Origin: a phage
Direction: 5' to 3' (one strand)
Sequence record: PV730300.1
DNA length: 64,000 nucleotides
Of this stretch, positions 46,613 through 55,969 are shown in pieces. Under the pieces are notes generated by a model that saw only the letters and a list, made by a program, of their open reading frames with translations, had not been told where the DNA came from and made no database searches. Position 1 is the stretch's first letter. The number at the start of each line of letters is the position of its first letter. The translations under genes were made by a program, and so were the position numbers.

Positions 46613-47338
46613 TTACTTGTTAATAATACCTGCAATATTAGGTTTAATGAAACCTGACCACTTCATGATCTTACCTTTATCATCAAAGAACACATACACT
46701 TTCTGTTTTTCATTATAAACAGCATGAACACCAGTGTATGCCCCTTCTGGACGATTGGCATTTCGTTCTTCAATTGCAGCACATTCTTGTGCAATGGCTG
46801 AATCGATATCTGAAGTTTTCCAAGTTTTCAGCAACTGTTGTTTAGTTGGATACTTGGAATCATTGCTTTTCAATACCTCTTTAATAACTTTCTTTTCTGG
46901 ATATTTTGAACGGATTAGAGTGTCACGAGACATACGCATAATACCCGCAGCCATTAGCGCCATTTGAACTGGCTCTGTAAATGTTTGTTCCAAAGCATCG
47001 AAATCGGTATACACAGTTGGAGTAAAAACATCGCCTACAGCATAGTCCAAGAAATTCATCGTATGTTCTTCACCAAAGAACATGTAAGTCAGATAACTGG
47101 ATACTACAAAAATATCCGCTGCTGCATCCAAGAGTTCTACATGATCGTTTACTTTCGCGGCTGTTTCATACTCTTTAAGCTCTTCACGAACGAACCCGAT
47201 TTGGGACATAAATAGCTCTTGAGTGAATTCAGGTTGTTCGCCACCTCGTGCTTTGGCATTCCAATCAATCACGTGCTTTGCTGCATTTTTGAAAAATTCA
47301 GTATCGAATTTAATATCTTTAAAAAAATTCTCGATCAT
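46613..47338 (-). CDS. MazG-like all-alpha nucleotide pyrophosphohydrolase (putative)
   Basis: EExxE...ExxD acidic helix pattern VREELKEYETAAKVNDHVELLDAAADIF. Confidence 0.4.
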   Translation of the reverse strand: MIENFFKDIKFDTEFFKNAAKHVIDWNAKARGGEQPEFTQELFMSQIGFVREELKEYETAAKVNDHVELLDAAADIFVVSSYLTYMFFGEEHTMNFLDYAVGDVFTPTVYTDFDALEQTFTEPVQMALMAAGIMRMSRDTLIRSKYPEKKVIKEVLKSNDSKYPTKQQLLKTWKTSDIDSAIAQECAAIEERNANRPEGAYTGVHAVYNEKQKVYVFFDDKGKIMKWSGFIKPNIAGIINK

Positions 47339-47347
47339 TATAACTCC

Positions 47348-47608
47348 TTATTTAAAATAGCTTTCTAGAAAGTTGCTAATATTTACTACAGTCTCACCCA
47401 TGTAAATTCCTGCGAAACCGAAAACAAGCATACGTGGAATATTGAAATACCATTTATCCGCCGGAAAAGATGCCAGAATTACAATAGCAATTGCTATCAA
47501 CATCATAAGAATTGTTGCTAAGATTATCATAAAAATGCCTCCAGGTATTTTGCACAATGATAAGCTAAGAAACAAGAAACTACCGCATACCCAACTCCAG
47601 ACATACAT
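47348..47608 (-). CDS. small membrane protein
   Basis: ORF track; hydrophobic; overlaps next ORF, start may be internal. Confidence 0.35.
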   Translation of the reverse strand: MYVWSWVCGSFLFLSLSLCKIPGGIFMIILATILMMLIAIAIVILASFPADKWYFNIPRMLVFGFAGIYMGETVVNISNFLESYFK

Positions 47609-47721
47609 GAATCAATCGCAACACATATGGTTCTTTTCTTTGAATTCTTAGGAAAGTTTTCAGAAGCATTCATACAATAAAAAGAAAGCACACTGAAAAC
47701 GATTAAAATGGCTAAGAACAT
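47527..47721 (-). CDS. small membrane protein
   Basis: ORF track; hydrophobic N-terminus. Confidence 0.4.
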   Translation of the reverse strand: MFLAILIVFSVLSFYCMNASENFPKNSKKRTICVAIDSCMSGVGYAVVSCFLAYHCAKYLEAFL

Positions 47722-47730
47722 TTTTCCTCC

Positions 47731-48846
47731 TTATTCTGCTGGTTCCCAAGTGCCTGGGATCATTTCTCGGATACGAACACCAACAGGTTTTGTTGGAATA
47801 CCTTCATCTGAAAATTCTTCATACTCTATTTCAACGAACTGATTAATCAAGGTAGAAGCATTCTCTGCTTTACGATAATTGATAGTCTCATGAGCATCTT
47901 TACGCATTAAGAATTCGACTACTTTACCATTTTCCATCTCACCTGTCAACACTCCATCGCCATTTTTATCACTTTTTGAATTTATTACTTTAACTTCAAG
48001 CGTATGACGAGGCTTACGTTTAATAACATCATAAGAACGTTTATCAAATTCGTAAACTCCGTGAGCATTACGATATACTACACCTTCAGCTTTCTCAAGT
48101 AAAGCTTTTTCATAGAAAGCATCAAACTGTTCTTGGTTTTCAATATACTCTGTATGAACTACACAAATAAGCTCATCAAGACCATAATCCTCCACTACTG
48201 CCTTAAGAGCAGTAAGAACATCAACACGTTTTTCAAACGGTAGATCTGGAACTGGAATATCGTATACGTAATAATTCAGCAAAGGTGTATTTGCATTATG
48301 CTTCTTCCAGGCACTGTTAATTTGTTGCAGACTAAGAACACCTAACCCAGCAAACACTTCACCATCAAGAGGATGACCAACAACTTCACTAATAAAGTTT
48401 GGAATACCTTTCCAATGAGGTGGCAGGTTGTACACTTCCCCAGCTTTTGATAAACACTCCCCTTTCATGTTAATCATAGAACGTAACCCGTTCAGTTTGT
48501 ATTGTGCATAACCAGGGAACACAACCCTTTCAGGATAATCTTTATAATCCTGGCATTTCATTGGTGTGGAAGGAACATGGTTTTCAGCTTCTTCTTTTGT
48601 TTTATAATAGCCATTCTTTAACTGTTTTGTCCATTTGGCAAAAGCTTCAAGTTCAGCTTGTTCTTCCGGTGTTGTTTCATTGGAACGACCAATGTTTTTT
48701 GCTTCTGCTGTATAAGATTTTTCTGTGATTTTTCCACCTACCCTTCCATGAGCTACAGTAACAACTGCACCATCTGTATACACTGTCCACTGTTTAAGTT
48801 TTCCTTTTGAATCTTTACCATACAGCGTTTGATTTGTTTGTTGCAT
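47731..48846 (-). CDS. ATP-dependent polynucleotide ligase (DNA ligase, or Rnl5-like nick-sealing RNA ligase)
   Basis: Motif I KLNGLR, motif III LDGEVF, motif IV EGVVYR, motif V DVIKRK; ATG at 48846 after GGGAGG. Confidence 0.65.
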   Translation of the reverse strand: MQQTNQTLYGKDSKGKLKQWTVYTDGAVVTVAHGRVGGKITEKSYTAEAKNIGRSNETTPEEQAELEAFAKWTKQLKNGYYKTKEEAENHVPSTPMKCQDYKDYPERVVFPGYAQYKLNGLRSMINMKGECLSKAGEVYNLPPHWKGIPNFISEVVGHPLDGEVFAGLGVLSLQQINSAWKKHNANTPLLNYYVYDIPVPDLPFEKRVDVLTALKAVVEDYGLDELICVVHTEYIENQEQFDAFYEKALLEKAEGVVYRNAHGVYEFDKRSYDVIKRKPRHTLEVKVINSKSDKNGDGVLTGEMENGKVVEFLMRKDAHETINYRKAENASTLINQFVEIEYEEFSDEGIPTKPVGVRIREMIPGTWEPAE

Positions 48847-49067
48847 TAGTCCTCCCACTTAAAAACTGAAATTTTCAATCTGTTACACACTTCATCCAAA
48901 TCTGCGTCGAGTAACGTTGTAGATGTTGCCAACATATAATCAATACTTGTGAAACCTTGCCCTTTGGCATAGTCAAGCATATCTTCATACATATCTTCAA
49001 GATCACCGTCATCAAAAGTAGCTAGAAAATCCTCGTCTCCGCTACGAACATAAAATGCAGTACTCAT
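48846..49067 (-). CDS. hypothetical acidic protein
   Basis: ORF track; TAATG overlap with ligase start. Confidence 0.45.
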   Translation of the reverse strand: MSTAFYVRSGDEDFLATFDDGDLEDMYEDMLDYAKGQGFTSIDYMLATSTTLLDADLDEVCNRLKISVFKWED

Positions 49068-49255
49068 TCTTCTTCATCCCAAGATTCAAAAGCACAACAA
49101 TCATCGGTTTCTATAATACCAACACGTCCGCAGGTATTGCAAGTGATTTTATCCCCGTAGAATAAATAATTTTTATCACCCTCTGTGTTTACAGTTATGT
49201 CATTACTACCACAAGGGCAAGTCAGCCAACCAACAACAACGATATCTTTTTTCAT
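49064..49255 (-). CDS. hypothetical zinc-ribbon protein
   Basis: CPCGS...CNTCG. Confidence 0.45.
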   Translation of the reverse strand: MKKDIVVVGWLTCPCGSNDITVNTEGDKNYLFYGDKITCNTCGRVGIIETDDCCAFESWDEEE

Positions 49256-49264
49256 AATCCCTCC

Positions 49265-49591
49265 TTAAGCGTTAAGTTCGTTGTTGAGTTCGTAAATCTC
49301 TTCTTGAAGAGCATCAATCTCTTCCTCCAAACGGGAGATCTCTTCTTTTAGATATACCATTTCGGATTCTTTCTCTTCTAATTCATTTTCAAATTTTACT
49401 TTATTAGCCTCATTTTCATAATGCAGTTCAGCGTAATCATCACGCATTTGTTCAATAAGATGAATCAGAGACAAGATATAATTGTCTCCCGTTTCATCAC
49501 GCCACTCTTCACCGTGACGGAGAACGGTAATTCGTCCAGTATCTTCATCTAAAATTGTCTCATATTTACGATCATCTGTATAAATCTGCAT
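49265..49591 (-). CDS. hypothetical coiled-coil protein
   Basis: ORF track; heptad-rich C-terminus. Confidence 0.45.
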   Translation of the reverse strand: MQIYTDDRKYETILDEDTGRITVLRHGEEWRDETGDNYILSLIHLIEQMRDDYAELHYENEANKVKFENELEEKESEMVYLKEEISRLEEEIDALQEEIYELNNELNA

Positions 49592-49600
49592 TATTTCTCC

Positions 49601-50005
49601 TTATTGAAGTTTAAGTGAACCACGAAGACGTTTCTCTTGCTGATCACGGATATATTGTGGAACCTCGTGAATTGAATCATTACCGTGCCTATTTTCAACA
49701 ACTAAAGAGATAACTTGATAACCAAACTCTTCAGCAAGAGCTAGGTAAGGTTTAAGTTCTTTCTCTGTGGTTGAAGTATTAGAAACAATAATCTTGTTAA
49801 GATTAGATGCCATAGCATCACGAACAATACCCTGACACCATGCGTGTGCTTTACCTACATTTTCTGGCTTCCAATCGTAAACACCACTTTCTGTGTAATG
49901 ATATTGATCTGCCTCACAGATAGGCCAATAACCTTCAGAAATAATTTCTGCTACTGTAGATTTACCAGCACCTGAAACGCCACGTAAAATGATAAGTTGT
50001 TTCAT
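49601..50005 (-). CDS. P-loop kinase (polynucleotide 5'-kinase-like)
   Basis: ILRGVSGAGKST Walker A at N-terminus, 134 aa; directly downstream of RNA ligase. Confidence 0.6.
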   Translation of the reverse strand: MKQLIILRGVSGAGKSTVAEIISEGYWPICEADQYHYTESGVYDWKPENVGKAHAWCQGIVRDAMASNLNKIIVSNTSTTEKELKPYLALAEEFGYQVISLVVENRHGNDSIHEVPQYIRDQQEKRLRGSLKLQ

Positions 50006-50938
50006 TTATCCTCCAAAAAAGTTTTCGATTTTTTCACGTCGCTCTTGCTGATTTAAAGCAGCCCATTGAGTCTTCGTAAAATTATTTCGAATCCATTCTA
50101 ACAAAGCGTAATATTCTTCGTCAACCATTTGCTTGGCATTTTTTGGATTATCCCAAATCAGATCCCACTTTTTATCTCCACCACGCATAAGAAACTTCTT
50201 AGTAAGATAGTGTGGTGATTTAATTTTTAAAAGTAAGTTGAACGGATAGTTTGTTTCACGAACTACAAACCCTTCGTGTTTACAATGTTTAGACATTTCA
50301 ACCACATCTGAAAATTTAATCATCGGATAAACTTCAGGACGTTTAAATTTTGTAATAGATGCAATCCCATCAAGCACACCTTCAGGTAACATAAAACTTG
50401 TCCCATCAGGATTTTGAATTCTGGCACCAATTAAGTATGCACCTGGTTCTTCTTCGACAATATGCGGATCAGAAGGATCACAGATTTCAAACAGGAAAGT
50501 TGCTTTTGCACTCTCTGCCCATTTGATGAAATGTTCTATGTCATCGCACTCTGAAACAATATGATTCTTTGCAATACTTGCAAAATCTGATTCAAGGCTT
50601 CCTGTTGTCGATACAATAAGTTGACCTTTATATACACCTACAGAGGCCATAAAACCATTTACTTTACGAACCACATCTACAAGTTCATCCGCTGGTAGAT
50701 CTGTGCCATTCTCAAAACGATTAAAAATCTTAGTGAAAGGCCAAATAACAACATTGTCATCAGCATCAACAACGATTCCGCGACATTCTAGAAGACGAGA
50801 ATCAATGCTCCATAAGTTATCCCAGAAAACTTTGTTCTTATACTTAAGAACAGATAGACCAGAATACTCTCCTTCTTTATATGTTTTCTTATGAACTAAA
50901 CCTTTTTCAACCAAATCGTCGCAATTAAATTTAGTCAC
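50006..50938 (-). CDS. rnlA: RNA ligase, T4 Rnl1-type
   Basis: LLECRGIVVD and KVNGFMASV (motif I) align to T4 Rnl1 LECRGIMF / KEDGSLVST; GTG start after AGGAGAG. Confidence 0.75.
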   Translation of the reverse strand: MTKFNCDDLVEKGLVHKKTYKEGEYSGLSVLKYKNKVFWDNLWSIDSRLLECRGIVVDADDNVVIWPFTKIFNRFENGTDLPADELVDVVRKVNGFMASVGVYKGQLIVSTTGSLESDFASIAKNHIVSECDDIEHFIKWAESAKATFLFEICDPSDPHIVEEEPGAYLIGARIQNPDGTSFMLPEGVLDGIASITKFKRPEVYPMIKFSDVVEMSKHCKHEGFVVRETNYPFNLLLKIKSPHYLTKKFLMRGGDKKWDLIWDNPKNAKQMVDEEYYALLEWIRNNFTKTQWAALNQQERREKIENFFGG

Positions 50939-50939
50939 A

Positions 50940-51491
50940 TTACTCTCCTTTGATTATTTTGTGATGGTCTACAGTCACGATATCTCGTTTACTCATCATA
51001 GAAATTATCTCATCAAAATGCAAGATTTTTCCGTGTGCATCCCAACCCACATCTAACATTTTACCATAAGCTTCATCAGGGAAAGATCCGTGGGAATGCC
51101 CGTGTAGCATGATTGATCCACGACCTTGTTTATTCCAGGAGGCTATAGGGTAATGGCTTAAGACGAAGAACAGCTTCTGATATTTCACTTCGTCATAATA
51201 CACCACTTCTCCATACTCTGCAAGCACTTCTCGGTGTTTGCTGTAGTCATGGTTCCCAACACAGTAGGTGATATCTCCTTGGAGACGGGAAGCAATTTTA
51301 CGGGTATCTTCTTCAGTTCCGAAACAGAAGTCGCCCAAATGCCACATCTTAACACCAGGAGTAGTAGCACATTTGTTCCATGCTTCGATCAAGGCTTCTG
51401 TCATGTGGTCCATATCTTCCCACGGACGATATTCAGGAGCAAACTCTCGAATACGTTTATGCATAAAATGCAAATCGCTTGTAATAAACAT
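50940..51491 (-). CDS. calcineurin-like metallophosphoesterase (candidate RNA 2',3'-cyclic/3'-phosphatase)
   Basis: SDLHF, LGDF, VGNHD, HGHSHG metallophosphatase motifs. Confidence 0.7.
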   Translation of the reverse strand: MFITSDLHFMHKRIREFAPEYRPWEDMDHMTEALIEAWNKCATTPGVKMWHLGDFCFGTEEDTRKIASRLQGDITYCVGNHDYSKHREVLAEYGEVVYYDEVKYQKLFFVLSHYPIASWNKQGRGSIMLHGHSHGSFPDEAYGKMLDVGWDAHGKILHFDEIISMMSKRDIVTVDHHKIIKGE

Positions 51492-51847
51492 TAGTATAAT
51501 CCCTCGCTAAATAATTCATGGTCGTGACCATTACGCTCATGGTCGATCTGGTCAGCATTTTCCGCGATGATGTAAGCATCCGCACGACTCCACCAATTGT
51601 AATACTGATCGATAAAGCCTTGATTATCTGGTGTGCACAAAGTTTTGTTGATTACACCTGCTTCTTTCAACACGTTTAACTGTGCATATAGTACAGGATT
51701 TGCATGTCGAACACAAGGAATAATTAATTCTTCACCATTATTCAAAATATACTTATTCGCAGCACAGACGATAACACGTTGCGCATAATGGCCCTCACCA
51801 ATCCAGGTGAGAGGTTGGTAACAAATGTTCTGATCAATACTACTCAT
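51491..51847 (-). CDS. hypothetical protein
   Basis: ORF track; ATGA overlap. Confidence 0.45.
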   Translation of the reverse strand: MSSIDQNICYQPLTWIGEGHYAQRVIVCAANKYILNNGEELIIPCVRHANPVLYAQLNVLKEAGVINKTLCTPDNQGFIDQYYNWWSRADAYIIAENADQIDHERNGHDHELFSEGLY

Positions 51848-51858
51848 TAAATTTCTCC

Positions 51859-52215
51859 TTAATAGTGAACACGAATCATTTTAATACCATAACGCAGCAT
51901 GGATTCTTTTGCAAGCATGAATTTATCCCCAGCGGCGGGATTAGAAGTATGCACGAAAATGGTAGGTGAACCAAAGCAAGGTTTACCAAACGCCAGAAGT
52001 TCTTCCAAACGCAAGAAAACATCATACCCGTCTTGATCAGAATCTTCACCCAAATCGTTGTCAAAATGCCACTCGTCTACAAAACGATAACCCTTCTGCA
52101 CCTCATTCATGTAACGAGAGGCAAGAAGTTCCTGTGAGGTTTTAAACCAGATTGCATCTGGACAACCATAATCTTTTGGATCACGTAAATCATCAAGCCA
52201 AATAATAGTACCCAT
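51859..52215 (-). CDS. hypothetical protein
   Basis: ORF track. Confidence 0.45.
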   Translation of the reverse strand: MGTIIWLDDLRDPKDYGCPDAIWFKTSQELLASRYMNEVQKGYRFVDEWHFDNDLGEDSDQDGYDVFLRLEELLAFGKPCFGSPTIFVHTSNPAAGDKFMLAKESMLRYGIKMIRVHY

Positions 52216-52225
52216 ATAACCTCCT

Positions 52226-52696
52226 CTAAGCTGGCATTATTAAAAAAGAACTCTCCACTTCAAAATGCCAATCATCCACAAGCCCTGATTCCCAATCCTT
52301 CTCTTCATGGAAAGAGCAAATCCAACGGTACATACCTGGCGGTGTATTCTCAACATCTTCTGGCAACCCGTAATCCAAAGCTGTCAAACCGTTCTCTGTA
52401 AAACTAGGATGGAGATTAGGAGCTTTCAATACAGAAACCATGCCTCCAACATCTACAGCCACAATCCACTCTGTCATGTATGGGCTGTCATATTGAGGCT
52501 CATCAGAACCTACCTCAACAGCCTCTGTGCGTAAGATGATAATAGCCTGCTCTGTGATTGGGGCTTTGACAATATACCCGTGGTCCTCAAAAAGATCGAT
52601 AACCTCGAACTCATCACCGTTTTCGATACCATAGCTCTTATTCAAAGAGATAAACTTCGGGTTATCATCGTAAGCTTTAGTTACTTTAATTTTCAT
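52226..52696 (-). CDS. hypothetical protein (156 aa)
   Basis: ORF track. Confidence 0.45.
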   Translation of the reverse strand: MKIKVTKAYDDNPKFISLNKSYGIENGDEFEVIDLFEDHGYIVKAPITEQAIIILRTEAVEVGSDEPQYDSPYMTEWIVAVDVGGMVSVLKAPNLHPSFTENGLTALDYGLPEDVENTPPGMYRWICSFHEEKDWESGLVDDWHFEVESSFLIMPA

Positions 52697-52917
52697 TTTT
52701 CCTCCTTCACTTTAACCTCAAATTCTACAGGCTTGCCCTCAATGTAAAAACACTGATACTCTGACTTATCATCCTCATCACGAGGCCAAGTTACCAAGGA
52801 GTTATAGCAATCTTCTGGTGCTTTGAAGATGTTTTTAGTCTCCACAGTAACATTCCCATTAAGTGTTGCCAATACCACCCAACCAGCTACAGGGATCATA
52901 GTGTCTCCACTTTCCAC
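52693..52917 (-). CDS. hypothetical protein
   Basis: ORF track. Confidence 0.4.
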   Translation of the reverse strand: MESGDTMIPVAGWVVLATLNGNVTVETKNIFKAPEDCYNSLVTWPRDEDDKSEYQCFYIEGKPVEFEVKVKEEK

Positions 52918-53078
52918 GTTTTACCATTATCAACCAAGGTCTTTGCTACAGCATACTCCTTCCCATTAATAATGAAATAATAAACTATAAAAGATTTTCC
53001 GATTGTTACTGTCTTAGTAACCTCTACGCGTTTAACACCTTGCATGTATTTCGCCTTACCGGAATAGAGTAAAATCAT
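52896..53078 (-). CDS. hypothetical protein
   Basis: ORF track. Confidence 0.35.
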   Translation of the reverse strand: MILLYSGKAKYMQGVKRVEVTKTVTIGKSFIVYYFIINGKEYAVAKTLVDNGKTWKVETL

Positions 53079-53356
53079 TTTGCATTCCTCTTGTTGTTGA
53101 TAACATCCATAGTAGTATATGGTTTATTAGTGCCATGATACTCTAGAATCATTGGAGAGCCTTCTTGCACTACTTCAAAAATACCATAAACAGAACTTTC
53201 AGCAAATACCATTTGCTTCGTGCCTTCATCGTTTACAACGAGAGAAAACTTCTTGCCTGTCCCGTTGAGGATCTCGTATTTCTTGCCAGCAGTGAATAAT
53301 CCAGAGTACCACTCGTTATCTGTTGCTTTTACACACTTCAGGAAAGTCTTGATCAT
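53075..53356 (-). CDS. hypothetical protein
   Basis: ORF track. Confidence 0.4.
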   Translation of the reverse strand: MIKTFLKCVKATDNEWYSGLFTAGKKYEILNGTGKKFSLVVNDEGTKQMVFAESSVYGIFEVVQEGSPMILEYHGTNKPYTTMDVINNKRNAK

Positions 53357-53706
53357 TTCTTTTTGCTCCTCTTTTTAGATTTCTCATACAAACCTAACAC
53401 AGCCGCTTCTTTTGCACAAGTAGGAACTGAAGTCATTCCTCTTCTTTTTGCTTCTGGTAGTTGCAAAGTCCATATTCCCCACCAATAAATTTGGTCTGCC
53501 GTGAGTGGTTCAGCCATTGGATCTGCCTCCTGCTCCTCAAGACGTTGCAACGCTTCTTCAATCTTCTCGATTGGTGTGTCAAAGACGAATGCCTCCGTAT
53601 CAAATTTATCTTTCTTAGGAACTGATTTGGCTACTTTGAGAACCTCGTTTTTCGGTTTCTTAGTAACGTTCTTTGGCTTTGATAACTTCTTCGGTGTTTT
53701 CGCCAC
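53353..53706 (-). CDS. hypothetical Lys-rich (putative nucleic-acid-binding) protein
   Basis: N-terminus and C-terminus Lys-rich (KKLSKPKNVTKKPK, KKRSKKK). Confidence 0.4.
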   Translation of the reverse strand: MAKTPKKLSKPKNVTKKPKNEVLKVAKSVPKKDKFDTEAFVFDTPIEKIEEALQRLEEQEADPMAEPLTADQIYWWGIWTLQLPEAKRRGMTSVPTCAKEAAVLGLYEKSKKRSKKK

Positions 53707-53899
53707 TTACTACCTCCATACGATCTAAAAAGTCATTCACAAATCTCCAGTAACGTTGACCTGTTCTAAGATCTTCATAGATAACCACAGGATCAAACAC
53801 TTTAGATATTCCGGCAGGTTTTGGAAATTCCACTACTGTATATAAACCACCTTTTGCTACACAAGAATAGGTTACGCCTGTAATTGGATAGTTGCTCAT
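53660..53899 (-). CDS. hypothetical protein
   Basis: ORF track. Confidence 0.4.
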   Translation of the reverse strand: MSNYPITGVTYSCVAKGGLYTVVEFPKPAGISKVFDPVVIYEDLRTGQRYWRFVNDFLDRMEVVSGENTEEVIKAKERY

Positions 53900-54090
53900 T
53901 TCTTTACGTACTCCATGATTGGGGTATGGTCGCCAGTAAGCGTAACACGGCTGTAGGACACATCTTGTGTCTTCAGTGTATCAATCCACTCTAAGAAGTG
54001 TTCTTTCGCTTCTGTGTAGTTCTGTGTGCCTTTAACAACGTGTATACCATCTAGAGTTACACGGAATACCATTTGAATAACGTCTTTCAT
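53896..54090 (-). CDS. hypothetical protein
   Basis: ORF track. Confidence 0.4.
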   Translation of the reverse strand: MKDVIQMVFRVTLDGIHVVKGTQNYTEAKEHFLEWIDTLKTQDVSYSRVTLTGDHTPIMEYVKK

Positions 54091-54284
54091 TTCTTACCTC
54101 CTTTGTTGTCAAAATAACTTACCAGAACATCGTGAACCACACACATGGCAAAAATCAGAACAATTGTTGTCAGGACTGGATTCTCACTAATTAGTGCTAT
54201 CATCTTTAACCACCTCCAATTGCCTTTCGAGTTTGACTTTGTTTGAGAACTGATAATGACACAACTTACATTGCATGTCAACAA
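54087..54284 (-). CDS. small membrane protein (start uncertain)
   Basis: ORF track; overlaps upstream ORF. Confidence 0.3.
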   Translation of the reverse strand: MLTCNVSCVIISSQTKSNSKGNWRWLKMIALISENPVLTTIVLIFAMCVVHDVLVSYFDNKGGKK

Positions 54285-54510
54285 TCTGATCGTGATTTAA
54301 CCCTACAATTTTAACTTCCTTTGCACCATCCCACTCCAAATACTCAAAGCCATCCAAATGATTACTCTTGTCCAACAGGAATGCTATCTGCTGCCATTCA
54401 ATCTGAATGTCATTTAAATGATATGCTGCACAGAAGATATCCTCATAGTAAAAGACGATCATTGTCATTGCTTCGTCCAGCACAACTACCTCTTGTCTTG
54501 TAAATCTCAT
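54187..54510 (-). CDS. hypothetical protein, first gene of leftward block
   Basis: ORF track; RBS AGGAGG. Confidence 0.45.
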   Translation of the reverse strand: MRFTRQEVVVLDEAMTMIVFYYEDIFCAAYHLNDIQIEWQQIAFLLDKSNHLDGFEYLEWDGAKEVKIVGLNHDQIVDMQCKLCHYQFSNKVKLERQLEVVKDDSTN

Positions 54511-54719
54511 TCTAGCCTCCTAAACGCGTCTCTGACGCACTTTTTATATATAAGATGATAAATCACCTTACCTAGTAAGTGAACTTGCTCTACGAGCCTC
54601 TTATGAAGCTTATGTTATAGGTTATACTATTGCTACCTGTTTAAGCAAGGTTTTTGCACACAGAAAATAATTTTTAATAAAACTCTTGACTTTTGTGTTC
54701 GAAGTATGCTACCCTAGAA

Positions 54720-54975
54720 ATCTATTAACGAGCGCAGCGAGTTAAGGTTTTAGGTTGTTGATGTAGTACTCTGTACTCAAGTACTGTACTCCGTACTAGA
54801 TTAATAATTATTAAATATTAATAATAAATAATTATTAGATCTAACAAACAGGTACAGTGTATCAGAACTGGTACGTACAGATCAACTTCTATCAATTAAA
54901 AATAAAATAATAAATTATTATAAATAATACTTGATCTATAGATCAGTATGAAGTACAGTACGGAACATCTTAACA
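54720..54975. promoter_or_regulatory. divergent control region with GTAC-rich imperfect inverted repeats flanking an AT-rich palindromic core
   Basis: Five GTACT repeats at 54764-54799, AATAATTATT palindromes, GTACAGTACGG arm at 54950-54965. Confidence 0.4.
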
Positions 54976-54991
54976 AGAATGGAGGTGTGCA

Positions 54992-55177
54992 ATGATTAGT
55001 GAGAATCCGTGCAAATGGCATCATGTGCCTATTAAAGATTGTATGTCTTGTAATCCACGTTCTATTTATAACATTGCATCTTATGATGATGACAATGTGT
55101 TAGACGATGATGAAGGCTGGGAGGATTTGGATTGGACTGGTTATGAAACCAAAAAGGATAAAATTATTCCTAGTTGA
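54992..55177 (+). CDS. hypothetical acidic protein
   Basis: ORF track; RBS GGAGG. Confidence 0.45.
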   Translation: MISENPCKWHHVPIKDCMSCNPRSIYNIASYDDDNVLDDDEGWEDLDWTGYETKKDKIIPS

Positions 55178-55214
55178 CTTAAGATATCCTTCGTGCTAAA
55201 CTAGAAGTGAGGAG

Positions 55215-55466
55215 ATGCCGATCACTCCCCATTTGGGGTTCGAAGGATATATGCAAAATAGCTTTTATTTTAGGTGCCGTGCTTGTAATAGGCATTTGAC
55301 AAACCACTCCAGACGTGATAAAAATGGAGTCATCAAGGAATCAGACCTCTGTTCTATTTGCACAGGTTTGGCTTTTGATGATAGTCCCGAAAGGGTTTAT
55401 CAGCATCAATGTATAACAGACGTTCTCGTGTCAAACTTGGTAGAGGACGAACAACTAACAGATTAG
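55215..55466 (+). CDS. hypothetical Cys-rich protein
   Basis: ORF track; CRACN...CSIC. Confidence 0.45.
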   Translation: MPITPHLGFEGYMQNSFYFRCRACNRHLTNHSRRDKNGVIKESDLCSICTGLAFDDSPERVYQHQCITDVLVSNLVEDEQLTD

Positions 55467-55474
55467 GAGGAACA

Positions 55475-55723
55475 ATGTCTCTATTAGAAAAACACGTGTT
55501 TGAAGATGGTAACGGCAATGCAGTTTTTCTTTTCCATCCAGAAAAATACACATCTGAAAACAATGGTACAACTTCTATTGTAATCACTAAAGATGTTAAA
55601 GTTATTGATTTCTTGGCTCTGATGCGAGAGATGGATCTTGAAATTAATACTTTTAACGCAGAAGCTTTGGTTGTTGCTCTTCTGGAAAAGAAAGATAGTG
55701 AAGAAGTAGCAGAATATGCTTAA
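55475..55723 (+). CDS. hypothetical protein
   Basis: Track ORF 55409..55723; ATG at 55475 after AGGAGGAACA. Confidence 0.45.
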   Translation: MSLLEKHVFEDGNGNAVFLFHPEKYTSENNGTTSIVITKDVKVIDFLALMREMDLEINTFNAEALVVALLEKKDSEEVAEYA

Positions 55724-55730
55724 ATAACTA

Positions 55731-55759
55731 TTGACAAACGTATCCTTCATATGTTAGGA
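55731..55759 (+). promoter_or_regulatory. promoter (ACTATTGACAA box) upstream of tRNA cluster
   Basis: TTGACA-N17-TTAGGA; box ACTATTGACAA repeated at 56318 and 57288. Confidence 0.45.
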
Positions 55760-55969
55760 TACGTTCATCAAGTGTGGTAACAGGGTCGTTGACTTTTGTT
55801 AAGAGGGGCTTGCACTGCGGTAGTGTTAGAGACTACTTCTTCAGAGGTTAGCTACCAAAGAGGAAAAGGAATAGTCTCGGCTCAAGAACTTTTACGCTGA
55901 AAGTTGGGCTTGGTCTTAGAGAATGTAGCGGTTCTCTACAATCGTCAGCGTCTCTGTTACCACATTTAT

